Of a DNA stretch of 60,258 nt, positions 1 to 9,429 are shown piece by piece; positions within the stretch are counted from its first letter, which is position 1; every line of letters begins with the position of its first letter. Made by a program: the position numbers and the translations under genes. Origin of the DNA: a virus (lineage: Duplodnaviria; Caudoviricetes); the IMG/VR virus record IMGVR_UViG_3300007514_000008, positions 1 to 60,258 of that record. The stretch is one strand, 5' to 3'. Under the pieces are notes generated by a model that had not been told where the DNA came from, searched no databases, and was given only the letters and a program-made list of their open reading frames with translations.

Positions 1-119
1 AGGCTCTAGTTAAGGATGCTAAAGAGCAATTTCCTAAGTACGATTTTTACTTAGTTGGTTCAATGGCAAGATTAAATCCACGACCAAATGATATAGATAT
101 AGGAATCATTCCTAATAAG
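1..119. repeat. Terminal direct repeat, copy 1 (circular assembly overlap)
   Basis: Bases 1-119 are identical to 60140-60258 and reading frames continue across the junction. Confidence 0.97.
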
Positions 120-434
120 GGAAAGGTGCAACTAAAAGAATGGGAGAAGGTATTAGAATTTTTTGAAGATAAATATATTGATAATCTTAAAGTAGATGCT
201 CAGATAGTACCTGCTTATAGAAAGTTATTTAACTATAGCGGAGAAACTGTTAGGAAATTATCTAATAGTAAAATATATAGGTATATATATCATACTGAAA
301 TTCCTTCTAATAGTTTAAATGTTAAGTACTCAAGGGCTTGTGGTAATTTATGGAGAAAGAAAGTTCGAGTTGTCTCTGATAAGTATAGAGCAAGAGGATT
401 AATGGGGATGGAATTCACTAATATAAAATTATAA
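63..434 (+). CDS. Minimal nucleotidyltransferase (Pol-beta superfamily); true start lies across the junction, probably GTG 60130 (~147 aa)
   Basis: Extending the frame across the junction gives MTTQALVKDAKEQFPKYDFYLVGSMARLNPRPNDIDIGII...KVDAQIV, i.e. hGS...DxD plus a third Asp in a beta strand. Its stop overlaps the next ATG (TAATG). Confidence 0.75.
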   Translation: MARLNPRPNDIDIGIIPNKGKVQLKEWEKVLEFFEDKYIDNLKVDAQIVPAYRKLFNYSGETVRKLSNSKIYRYIYHTEIPSNSLNVKYSRACGNLWRKKVRVVSDKYRARGLMGMEFTNIKL

Positions 435-1597
435 TGGCTAATAAATCAGTAATAAACCCGGGGCTTTATCATTTAGGATTCTCTTTTGATTTTCCTCCTT
501 ATCATAATGAGGAGTATAGAGACGAGAATGAGATTAAGCAATTAAGATGGAAACACGCAGTTATGTTTAATAGAAGAGCCTATGTTGGTAACGTAGAGGT
601 TACTAATTATGATGGTTCTGTTGAGCATTTATCTGATTCCGTTTTTAAATCTAGGACTAATAAGTTTGATTCATTTAGTAAAGATAGAAGGATAGATGTA
701 GCGGTAGGCGATGGTGAGGATATATCTGCATTAGCTCACTTCGCAGATATGTTATTACAATTTAAACAAACTACTCTACATATTATAAATTGCTCAGGTG
801 CTTCTGAGTTCTTAGAAGGTACATATAAATTTAAAGGAGTTGATAGTTCTACTTCGGTATGCACAACAGCATATGGTGTTGTTTGGGCTAATAAACATGG
901 TTGTTTCTTTTTTGATGGAAGGCAAGTTAAGGATATATTAAATAAAAGAGGCACAAGGAGAGTAAGCCCATCTACTTGGACTGCATTTGCAACAGGAACA
1001 ATTAGAGCTGGGTTTTTCCCTCTTGAGAATCAAGTAGTTTTTATTAATGATGGTGGAGATTGGTTTGTATATGACCTAGTTACCCAATCTCTAGTTAAAG
1101 GAGATGCAAGAGTATCATCTGAGAATAAAACTAATATGATTAATGCTTGGGAAGGTAAACTACTATTAGGTTCTAATAACGGGTCTGATGCATTAGATGT
1201 AGATGCTTTGAAAGCAGTCGCTACAGAAACCAATACATTGGATAGTAAGAAATTTTCAGTATCCACAAGAGAATTAGATGGTGGAATACCGAGTGTGGAA
1301 AAGAAGTGGAAAAAAGTATATGTCACTTATAGAAATGCAGGGAGTGGTAAGTTAAAGATATATTATTCAGGAGTGGCAAAAAGTGGAGAGATTACATGGA
1401 CAGAAATAAGTCAAAGTTCAACCAATGGTCAGTTTGCAAGTTCAGGAAATTGGACTACAACAGGTTTTAAAATAAATACAAATGCCTATAGTATGAGAAT
1501 TAAAATAGAATCAGCCAATCCTGGAACTGATGCAGTACCTTATAATTTTGAGATAAATGATATAACTTTTGTCTATCGCACCAAGACGGTGAAGTAA
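434..1597 (+). CDS. Tail stabilisation/nozzle-like protein, C-terminal part
   Basis: Beta-propeller-like blades (GEDISALAHFADMLLQFK, GVVWANKHGCFFFDG), C-terminal KKWKKVYVTY...FEINDITFVYR of the kind seen at the end of podovirus tail proteins; tail gene context. Confidence 0.6.
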   Translation: MANKSVINPGLYHLGFSFDFPPYHNEEYRDENEIKQLRWKHAVMFNRRAYVGNVEVTNYDGSVEHLSDSVFKSRTNKFDSFSKDRRIDVAVGDGEDISALAHFADMLLQFKQTTLHIINCSGASEFLEGTYKFKGVDSSTSVCTTAYGVVWANKHGCFFFDGRQVKDILNKRGTRRVSPSTWTAFATGTIRAGFFPLENQVVFINDGGDWFVYDLVTQSLVKGDARVSSENKTNMINAWEGKLLLGSNNGSDALDVDALKAVATETNTLDSKKFSVSTRELDGGIPSVEKKWKKVYVTYRNAGSGKLKIYYSGVAKSGEITWTEISQSSTNGQFASSGNWTTTGFKINTNAYSMRIKIESANPGTDAVPYNFEINDITFVYRTKTVK

Positions 1598-4500
1598 TGC
1601 CCCAGTCAGAAGATAGGCGAATACGACACTTAACGAAGTCGGTTACTCTCTCTTACATACCATCATCAGAGTATGGTAAAAATGGTGATACTGTATTTGT
1701 AAAGAGTGAGAAAAGTAATACTATCGAGCAATTTCTAAAGCAAGATGGTAAATGGATTTCTTTGGCTTCAGGTATAGGCGCAAATGATTCTAGGAGAAGA
1801 GCAGGTAAGAGAGGGGCAAGTGATGCTTCTACTACTACTGTTCAGAATATCACTGTTAACCAAGCCGAGTCTACTGGTACGGGAGATGGAACATCTACTA
1901 GTGACCATTCTTTATTAGAGAACCTAGACGATGATGACCATACACAATATGTTCATACTTCGACAGCTAGGACTGTTTCAGCAAATCATACTTATAGTGG
2001 TAATCCCGGATTCTCAGGAACTCCTAATTTCTCAGGACAACCACAATTTACTAAAGCTGATGGTAATACTCCATTTACTGTAACATCTACTACTAAAGTA
2101 GATAATTTAAAATCAAGTGATAGTGATAAATGGGATGGAAACCTATTTTCAAGTTATTTAGACCAAGCAGTTAAGACTTCATCTACTCCTAGCTTTACAG
2201 AGGTGACTTTACCTCAATCTGGTTTTAAGATGAAACATCCATCAGCTTCAAGTTACTATACTATATTAAAACTAGGAGACACTGAGCTTTCGGCTAATAG
2301 AACATTCTCTATTAATACTGGAGCAGATGCTGATATAAGTTTAAATGTTGAATCTGACTCTAAAATAAATCAAGATGTGACTACTGATGGAAGTGTGATA
2401 TTTGGTAATGCTACATTAAGTAATCTTGCGGCTAGTAGGCTTATTGCTTCTAATGGAAGTAAGAAAGTAGTCTCATCAGATTTAGCAAGTTGGGTAGCAG
2501 GTACTAGTAATCAAGTATCGGTAGCAGATGATGGTGATGGCACAATTACTTTATCAACTCCTCAAGATATACATACATCAGCTACTCCTACTTTTGCGAG
2601 TGCCACTTTAGGCACTGTTAGTGCAGGTGCTTCAGCAGGTACATTAACTACTACTACTGGAGATTTAGTTCTTGATGCATATTCTAATACTTTAAAGTTA
2701 AATGCCGATGTTGACATAGAATCTTCACTAGATGTGGGTACAAACCTTAATATTTTAGGCAATACAATATTAGGTGATACTACTGATTTTAGCTCAGGTT
2801 CTCCGGATACTGTTGAAATGAAAGCCAATGTCACCGTTAAGGGTGCATTAACTGTTGACGGAACTACTACTACTATTAATAGCACTACATTAACAGTCGA
2901 TGATAAGAATATTGAATTAGGAACTGTTGATTCTCCTAGTAATACAACGGCTGATGGTGGAGGAATAACGCTTAAAGGGGCTACTGATAAGACTATTAAT
3001 TGGATTAATTCAACAGGTTCTTGGACTTCTAATCAGCCTTTTGAAGTAAGCAATCAATCAAGTCAATTAAAATTAAGTTATGATGGCTCTAATTCTAGTA
3101 CTTTTGGAGTAGATAGTAATAGTATACTTACAATAGGGGCTAGTGATGTAAGATTTAATGCAAGTGGTCAGAATGTAGACCCTTCAGCTACTGTACATAC
3201 TGATTTAGGTGCTTACAATAGAATGTGGCGCAGCCTTTACGCTGCAGAACTTTATGTTGAGACTATCGTTGCTCAAGATGTAATGGCTACTATTGGTGGT
3301 CGCATTGTAGTCGCCCCAACTACAAAGTTAATAGCAGATTTATCTAGTGGTGCTACTACTATAGATGTTGAACATAATAATATAACTAATGCTTATATAA
3401 AAATGCAAACTGCTCCCGGTGGTGTTGCTCAGATAGAAATAATGAAGGTTGCAAGTGGCGCACCTACAACTATTACTGGTGGTTATAGATATGGAATTCA
3501 GAGGAATGAAGATGGTACGGGTGCTAATAGTTGGGTAGAAGGAGATGCAGTTGTTAATCTAGGTGCTGCGGCTGGAGAAGGATTTATAGATTTAACATCT
3601 ACTACTACATCATTAAGTCATCTCGGTCCGAATATGACAATCTACTCAAGGACTGGAACTGCTGATTGGGACGACCTAGAAGCAACAGTTTCAGTAGGAA
3701 ATTTAGAAAGTTGGGTAGACTATAGTTCTGATGAATTTGGAATTGCTATTGGTAGCAATATGCTTAATTCTCCAAATGCTGCGAGTAATCCTTTTCATGG
3801 ATTAACTGCTGATAGAACTAATGGTCTTAGAATGTTTAATACTCCTATTGAATTATATAAAGCAGGAGTTAAGAAGGCTAAGTTTACTGCTGATGGAGGT
3901 ATTAAACTCGGTGACCAGATTGATGGTGGTGGAGAATCTCTTAAATTTCAATGGGATGAGGTAAATAATGAGTTAACAATTACAGGCATTATTCATGTCG
4001 CTAGTGGGAGTACAGGGGTAGGTGATACTATCTCAGATGGTACAACAATATCAGCAGGAGGTATATATGTTAACAGCGGTACTGGGAAGTTTACAATATC
4101 TAATAGCTCAAATGATATTGATTATGGTGATGCTAGTGCTATATTTCTTGGGCTTGATTCTTCTGCTCCTAAATTTTCCTTAAAGGGGGCTGGAACACAA
4201 GGTTTAACGTGGGATGGTTCTAATCTAGGAGTTACCGGTACTGTTACTGTTCAAAATCCTGAAGATTTCGCAGGGAATTCACTACAGGAACAATGGGCAG
4301 GAAACGCATTAGATACTAATGTTTGGACAATCGTCAAAGAGTCTGGTCATACTGACCCTACTGCCACAGTTAGTGGTGGTACAATGCAACTAGCTACTAA
4401 TAATGAAAAATGGCAAGGATTTAGGTCTTCAACAACATTCGCTAGAGCAAATAGACCAGTATTTGAGTGGGATGTTACTATGCATCAAGATGGTAATGTC

Positions 4501-6738
4501 GGAATTATGATTGGTTTAGAAGATTCTGCTAATCAATACGCTGGATATTGGGGTGATTATCTTGTATTCTTTAGAAAAATAAGCAATACTGACGAAAGAA
4601 TTAGACTTTATTATTATAATGGAAGTACATATACTAATAATACAGACTTAGCAACTTCGAGTAATGATTCACTATGGGTGGTTGGAGATACATTTAGAGT
4701 TAGGTGGAAATTACTTGCTACTGGTTGTTATTTAGAAATTTTTAAGAATGGAAACTTTACATCTCCTTTATATACACACACTTTTACAAGTGGAACTGCG
4801 ACTCACTATCATTTAAAGATGACTGCAAATGATAACTCTACTTATCCAGATAATGATTTGACACATAATGGTATCGTAGCACAAGGTCATTTACCAATAG
4901 GCACAGTTATAAGTGGTGCTAATATAACTACTGGTTCCATAGAAAGTACGAATTGGAGTAGTAGTGCAGGTTCTCAAATGGATTTAGACAATGGTACAAT
5001 CAGTCTTGGTGGCTCTAGTTCTCCTAAATTCTCAGTCACGAGCGCAGGTTTAATGACTGCTCGTAGTGGATATATAGGTTCAGCCTCATCTGGTTGGTCT
5101 ATAACTGATGATAGATTATATAATGGTGATGGTGCTACAACAGGTACTGAACCATCTGAACTTCATTTGCAATTTAATACACAAAATTCTGGTAGTGGTA
5201 ATATTTATAGTTGGAATCAAAAATTAGCAGGTCTATCAGCCACTTGGCATAAAGCCGCACACGCAGGTCATATGGTATTTGGTCAAGTTGCAAGTAGTGG
5301 TACTGCAATAAAAACAAATTATTTCGGTATTCAAATGATGGATTATGAGGGTAGAGAATACTTTTGTTTATCTGCTAATGGAGCGGATGATAATAGTGGT
5401 TCGTCAGGTTCTGTTTATAATAAAATAGCAGGTTGGTCTTTCGATGAATCTGGTATATATAAAGATAGTAGTGGTCATATAGGTATAACAACTTCAGGAC
5501 ATTCTGATGTTGGTTCTGTGCCTTCTTTTTTCGCAGGTGCTACTGGTAGTACAGGAGCAGATTCTACTATATCCTTTGGTTCTGATGGTAAGATAAGAGG
5601 TTCTGGAATATACAATAGAGATAATCAAGACTGGGCTATTGAAGCGTCTAGAATATTTGGAGATGGTGGAGATGGTGATATAGAAATAAAGAGAAAAACT
5701 ACAAGTAATACTAACCCGGGTTTTACATGGAAAAAGGATGGGGTTACTCAGTCTGATGTTTATGTAAATGGTTTTATTACAAATGCCTCAGGTGATAATC
5801 TATTTAAGGTTAGCACATATAGATTAGTGCAACAGAGAGATATATATTTAGATACATTTACTGCTGATTTAGATGTTGCTGATTTACACATTGAACCTAA
5901 CGGATTTAGATTTTTCGTTAGGGATAGAATTATATTAAAAAATGGTGCTTCATCTGGTGCCGGTGCGTTGTTAGTGTTTAGGGCGCATGGTTATAATGGT
6001 GGAGCGGGAGGGAATGGTAGTCCAGGTAGTAATTCTGGTTCTGCACCTGTGTCAGGAGGGGGTGGTGGAACTGCAGGTAGTGCAGGAGGTAGACATTATA
6101 GTAATACTACTACACCGACTCCTAATTTATTACATGGTACTTTTGGAGAGACTGGAAGGGCTGGTGGAGACGGAGCATCTGCAATAGGGTTTGGAGCAGG
6201 CGCAGCTGCAGATGGTGACCCCGGTGATGGAGGAAACCCAGGTGACGCTCCTGTTAGCACAAGCAACATCACAGTTTTAGGTTTATCTGGAGCATCAGGA
6301 GGAGCAGGAAGGGAGGGGAAATCGGGTAGTGTTTCCTCAGGAGGGGATGGTGGTTCTCATGGTTCTGGTGGCTCAGGTGGAGCTGCAATCAATGCATCTA
6401 CTAAGATGGCATCTATTGACCCTCATTTAGTTACTACATTTAGAGATATATATACTAATACTGATAATGCTGAAAGAATTGCACCTAATCCCGGTGGTGG
6501 TTCAGGTGGCTCAGGTGGAGGTGGTGGAGCAGGTTGGGATGCACAAGAAGACGAGTATCTGAGTGGTGGCGGTGGAGGAGGCTCTGGAGGTTCTGGAGGT
6601 GGGGGAGGTATAATCATGGTTGTAGCAAGATTAGTAGAAAGGTCTGGGAGTAATTATGGTAAAATTAAATTCTCCAATCACGGTGGAAATGGCGGTGCAG
6701 GTGGAGATGGTGGTTTACCGGGACAAAAAATAGAGTAG
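1597..6738 (+). CDS. Large tail fibre/spike protein (1713 aa) with Gly-rich C-terminus
   Basis: S/T/G-rich beta-repeat composition, fibre module GALTVDGTTTTINSTTLTVDDKNIEL, a putative lectin-like domain (~4270-4890) and terminal GGxGGxGG tracts. Confidence 0.75.
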   Translation: MPQSEDRRIRHLTKSVTLSYIPSSEYGKNGDTVFVKSEKSNTIEQFLKQDGKWISLASGIGANDSRRRAGKRGASDASTTTVQNITVNQAESTGTGDGTSTSDHSLLENLDDDDHTQYVHTSTARTVSANHTYSGNPGFSGTPNFSGQPQFTKADGNTPFTVTSTTKVDNLKSSDSDKWDGNLFSSYLDQAVKTSSTPSFTEVTLPQSGFKMKHPSASSYYTILKLGDTELSANRTFSINTGADADISLNVESDSKINQDVTTDGSVIFGNATLSNLAASRLIASNGSKKVVSSDLASWVAGTSNQVSVADDGDGTITLSTPQDIHTSATPTFASATLGTVSAGASAGTLTTTTGDLVLDAYSNTLKLNADVDIESSLDVGTNLNILGNTILGDTTDFSSGSPDTVEMKANVTVKGALTVDGTTTTINSTTLTVDDKNIELGTVDSPSNTTADGGGITLKGATDKTINWINSTGSWTSNQPFEVSNQSSQLKLSYDGSNSSTFGVDSNSILTIGASDVRFNASGQNVDPSATVHTDLGAYNRMWRSLYAAELYVETIVAQDVMATIGGRIVVAPTTKLIADLSSGATTIDVEHNNITNAYIKMQTAPGGVAQIEIMKVASGAPTTITGGYRYGIQRNEDGTGANSWVEGDAVVNLGAAAGEGFIDLTSTTTSLSHLGPNMTIYSRTGTADWDDLEATVSVGNLESWVDYSSDEFGIAIGSNMLNSPNAASNPFHGLTADRTNGLRMFNTPIELYKAGVKKAKFTADGGIKLGDQIDGGGESLKFQWDEVNNELTITGIIHVASGSTGVGDTISDGTTISAGGIYVNSGTGKFTISNSSNDIDYGDASAIFLGLDSSAPKFSLKGAGTQGLTWDGSNLGVTGTVTVQNPEDFAGNSLQEQWAGNALDTNVWTIVKESGHTDPTATVSGGTMQLATNNEKWQGFRSSTTFARANRPVFEWDVTMHQDGNVGIMIGLEDSANQYAGYWGDYLVFFRKISNTDERIRLYYYNGSTYTNNTDLATSSNDSLWVVGDTFRVRWKLLATGCYLEIFKNGNFTSPLYTHTFTSGTATHYHLKMTANDNSTYPDNDLTHNGIVAQGHLPIGTVISGANITTGSIESTNWSSSAGSQMDLDNGTISLGGSSSPKFSVTSAGLMTARSGYIGSASSGWSITDDRLYNGDGATTGTEPSELHLQFNTQNSGSGNIYSWNQKLAGLSATWHKAAHAGHMVFGQVASSGTAIKTNYFGIQMMDYEGREYFCLSANGADDNSGSSGSVYNKIAGWSFDESGIYKDSSGHIGITTSGHSDVGSVPSFFAGATGSTGADSTISFGSDGKIRGSGIYNRDNQDWAIEASRIFGDGGDGDIEIKRKTTSNTNPGFTWKKDGVTQSDVYVNGFITNASGDNLFKVSTYRLVQQRDIYLDTFTADLDVADLHIEPNGFRFFVRDRIILKNGASSGAGALLVFRAHGYNGGAGGNGSPGSNSGSAPVSGGGGGTAGSAGGRHYSNTTTPTPNLLHGTFGETGRAGGDGASAIGFGAGAAADGDPGDGGNPGDAPVSTSNITVLGLSGASGGAGREGKSGSVSSGGDGGSHGSGGSGGAAINASTKMASIDPHLVTTFRDIYTNTDNAERIAPNPGGGSGGSGGGGGAGWDAQEDEYLSGGGGGGSGGSGGGGGIIMVVARLVERSGSNYGKIKFSNHGGNGGAGGDGGLPGQKIE

Positions 6739-6746
6739 GTAATAAT

Positions 6747-7097
6747 ATGAGATGGATTAATACTAAGGTTATATATTCATGGAATGGTAGTAAGTATATA
6801 GAAAAATATGTAGAGGGCTATTATCACTATGGAGATTTGGCTTTATGTGATGTTTTAGTAGAAGCAGGAGCAGGAGGGGGAGGCGGTGGAGGTGCCGGAG
6901 GAAGTGGTGGAACAGTAGTTTTCATTACAAGTCACTTGACTCAACCACTAATAGATGATAGTAGTATCTATGCAACAGTTAATGGTGGCTCAGGAGGAGC
7001 AGGTGGAGAAACTGGTGGGGATGCTTCGACATATGGTACAACTGGCTATACTGGTGGAACAGGTACAACTGGCAAATATATCAAAATAATATTATAA
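6747..7097 (+). CDS. Small protein: aromatic N-terminal module plus continuation of the Gly-rich fibre domain
   Basis: MRWINTKVIYSWNGSKYIEKYVEGYYHYGDLALC followed by GAGGGGGGGAGGSGGTVVFIT, resembling the end of the upstream ORF; SD-like AGGT upstream. Confidence 0.65.
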   Translation: MRWINTKVIYSWNGSKYIEKYVEGYYHYGDLALCDVLVEAGAGGGGGGGAGGSGGTVVFITSHLTQPLIDDSSIYATVNGGSGGAGGETGGDASTYGTTGYTGGTGTTGKYIKIIL

Positions 7098-7126
7098 TTG
7101 TCTATTCTCAGGGAAACAGTTAAAAT
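7098..7126 (+). promoter_or_regulatory. Sigma70-like promoter upstream of the ejected-protein cluster
   Basis: TTGTCT (7098-7103), 17-bp spacer, TAAAAT (7121-7126), in one of the few intergenic gaps of this block. Confidence 0.6.
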
Positions 7127-7149
7127 TGAAATGGTAAAATGGGCTTAAT

Positions 7150-8913
7150 ATGGCTAGAAGAAGTGGATTAAGAAGCGCAGCTGCGAAGTCTATGACTCGT
7201 CTGAAAGGACATGAGTATGATAGACACGTAGCTGAGTCTTTACGTCAAATAAATCAAAAAGCTTTCGAGGACAAAGAGAAACGAATTGATGAAAGATATG
7301 CTGCGGCTGGGCAGTTTATCAATCTTATGGATAAGATGTCTGCGGCAAGAGAGCAGGACGCTAAGGCTGAGAGAGGCGTAACTCAGATGCAGAAGGAGAC
7401 AGGAACTGAGGTATCGTATAAGAAGGTTGGGCTTGGGGACTGGCTTAAGGGTGAGAGTAAGTTTCGAGATATAGGTAAAGAGACTTTTACTTTTGGTGAT
7501 ACTGAGTATAGTAAAGCAGACATGATAGCTTATGATAAGACTTATAAAAAGAATAAGTGGGAAGATGTTGATTTTGACCAGTCTGATAAAAACCAAGCTG
7601 AAGTTGATGCTCAAGAGACAGATGTTGATGAGAATGAAATCAAGCCGTGGACTTATGAAGGTCAAAAATCTAAAGATAGGGCAATTAAGTTAGAAAAAAG
7701 AAAGCAAAAAGTGGAAGAATACAGAGCAAAGATGGATGAAAATAAGGCATTGAGAGAGGCAAAGAGAGAAGAAAGAAAAAATGCGAGGCTAGAAAAAGCT
7801 GAATTAAAAGAACAAGGTCTTATGTTGGCAGGCAAGGAAGGGAGTGCTTGGGATAAATTTAAAGGTCATTTTGCTAATATGTTTGGAGATGATAAAGATA
7901 TAGATACTATGGACAAGGATAGAAAGGATAGTGGAGTAAGTAATAAAGATACAGAGTATAACCCAGATGTAGAACCTGCGTCTACTGAAGAAATTGTTGA
8001 AAAATATACTGAAGGTACTGAAGAGGACTATACTAAAGCTGTTGACTTAACCGAAGGAGGAGATGTCCCCACAGAAGCACAGTCAGATATTGATTCAGAT
8101 GTTTCAGATGAAAATTTAAATAAACGCCTATCTAAGTCTCCAGATTCAGGAGGTAGTAGAGATTATTGGGGGGAATTCAAAGATAGTTTTACTGATGATA
8201 AAGGTCTTTTTCAAGGGGGAGAAAAGGGTCGTGTACTTGGAAGATTTTTAGATAAATTTGATAAGCCTGACTTAAAGACAGTAGAAACACCTGTTCTTGA
8301 AGAAGAACAAGACCCTCATATTGATGTAGAAGAGCAAGGTGATAAAGGTGATAAAGCAGTAGTCACTAGTTTAGATGCTATAGAAGAAGTAGCTAAGAAA
8401 TCTGTTGCTCAACAATATATTGATAAGAATCAGAAATTTGATGAGAATGTATTGAAACATCACTCTAAAAACCTTCGTGTTGGCTGGAGTGGGAAAGACA
8501 AGAAAGAAGGTACATCTATGTATAGTCTTTATGAAGGGGATAATGTGATAATGGAAAATATGTTTGAAGTTACTATTGACCCCGACACAGGTATGGATAC
8601 TAGAGTATTTGCCTCAAAAAATCCGATGGTAAAGGGTGTAGATTTCTCTATGTTATCCGGTATGGATAAATTAGGTGCGTCAAATAATAAGTGGAGGACT
8701 AAGCCAGATAGAACTCCTGAGAATCAAGCAAAAGCTGATAGCATTGTAACTGCAGCAAATCAACAATTATCTGCAAATTTGGAAGATTTGGATATGACAG
8801 ACTTATTTGATAAAGGAAAAATCACGCAAAGAGAGTTTGAGGATTGGATGGATGGTAAAGTTCCTGCTAGGAGAGGTTACAAACAAGGTGATAATTATGC
8901 ATTTGCTAACTAG
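7150..8913 (+). CDS. Highly charged, acidic protein; putative internal virion/ejection protein
   Basis: 587-aa D/E/K-rich ORF between the tail genes and the giant polymerase gene; function inferred from position. Confidence 0.45.
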   Translation: MARRSGLRSAAAKSMTRLKGHEYDRHVAESLRQINQKAFEDKEKRIDERYAAAGQFINLMDKMSAAREQDAKAERGVTQMQKETGTEVSYKKVGLGDWLKGESKFRDIGKETFTFGDTEYSKADMIAYDKTYKKNKWEDVDFDQSDKNQAEVDAQETDVDENEIKPWTYEGQKSKDRAIKLEKRKQKVEEYRAKMDENKALREAKREERKNARLEKAELKEQGLMLAGKEGSAWDKFKGHFANMFGDDKDIDTMDKDRKDSGVSNKDTEYNPDVEPASTEEIVEKYTEGTEEDYTKAVDLTEGGDVPTEAQSDIDSDVSDENLNKRLSKSPDSGGSRDYWGEFKDSFTDDKGLFQGGEKGRVLGRFLDKFDKPDLKTVETPVLEEEQDPHIDVEEQGDKGDKAVVTSLDAIEEVAKKSVAQQYIDKNQKFDENVLKHHSKNLRVGWSGKDKKEGTSMYSLYEGDNVIMENMFEVTIDPDTGMDTRVFASKNPMVKGVDFSMLSGMDKLGASNNKWRTKPDRTPENQAKADSIVTAANQQLSANLEDLDMTDLFDKGKITQREFEDWMDGKVPARRGYKQGDNYAFAN

Positions 8914-8922
8914 GAGGTATAA

Positions 8923-9423
8923 ATGTTTGCAGCTATAGGCGTAGGATTAACTGCTTTACAGATGATAGGAGGGGCAAGAAGAGGTGCTAAGCAGAGCAGA
9001 CACAATATTGGTGAATGGCAGTCTCAGATTGGTGACATTAATAAGTCTCTTGGTGAATTAGAAACTCAAGCTACTCTTCAAACAGAGGTTGCTAAGTCAG
9101 ACCTTACTGAGGATTTAACAAGGGAAGGGAAGAATCTTGGCAGAACTAAGACTGAAGCTTTAGAGAATGTAGAGGAGGCAAGTACAGAATTTGCATTTAG
9201 TGGAGAAGAGCAAGAGAGATTAACTGATGTCACAGAAAAGATTGATTTAAATTTTGAAGATACAAAGAAGGTAGCTGAGAGGGAATTAGATAAGACACTT
9301 GCGTCCATTGAAGAGTGGAAAGGCTCAGAGAGAAAAAGATTAGAAGGAGAAAGAAAGACCTTGCAAGGGCAGATTGGTGCGGCAAGGAATACTGATTCAT
9401 TTTTAGAAAACTTATTCGGGTAG
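8923..9423 (+). CDS. Putative internal virion (ejection) protein
   Basis: Hydrophobic Gly/Ala N-terminus (MFAAIGVGLTALQMIGG) then coiled coil, like small podovirus ejection proteins; SD AGGAGG. Confidence 0.55.
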   Translation: MFAAIGVGLTALQMIGGARRGAKQSRHNIGEWQSQIGDINKSLGELETQATLQTEVAKSDLTEDLTREGKNLGRTKTEALENVEEASTEFAFSGEEQERLTDVTEKIDLNFEDTKKVAERELDKTLASIEEWKGSERKRLEGERKTLQGQIGAARNTDSFLENLFG

Positions 9424-9429
9424 CATATT

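Noticed and set aside
1-434. Self-splicing intron carrying the nucleotidyltransferase
   Set aside because: The ORF overlaps both neighbours, leaving no space for group I/II core structure, and no such motifs were seen.
6736-6750. Stop-codon reassignment or readthrough joining the fibre to the next ORF
   Set aside because: The next ORF is in a different frame and readthrough meets TGA after three codons. Long genes are intact under the standard code.
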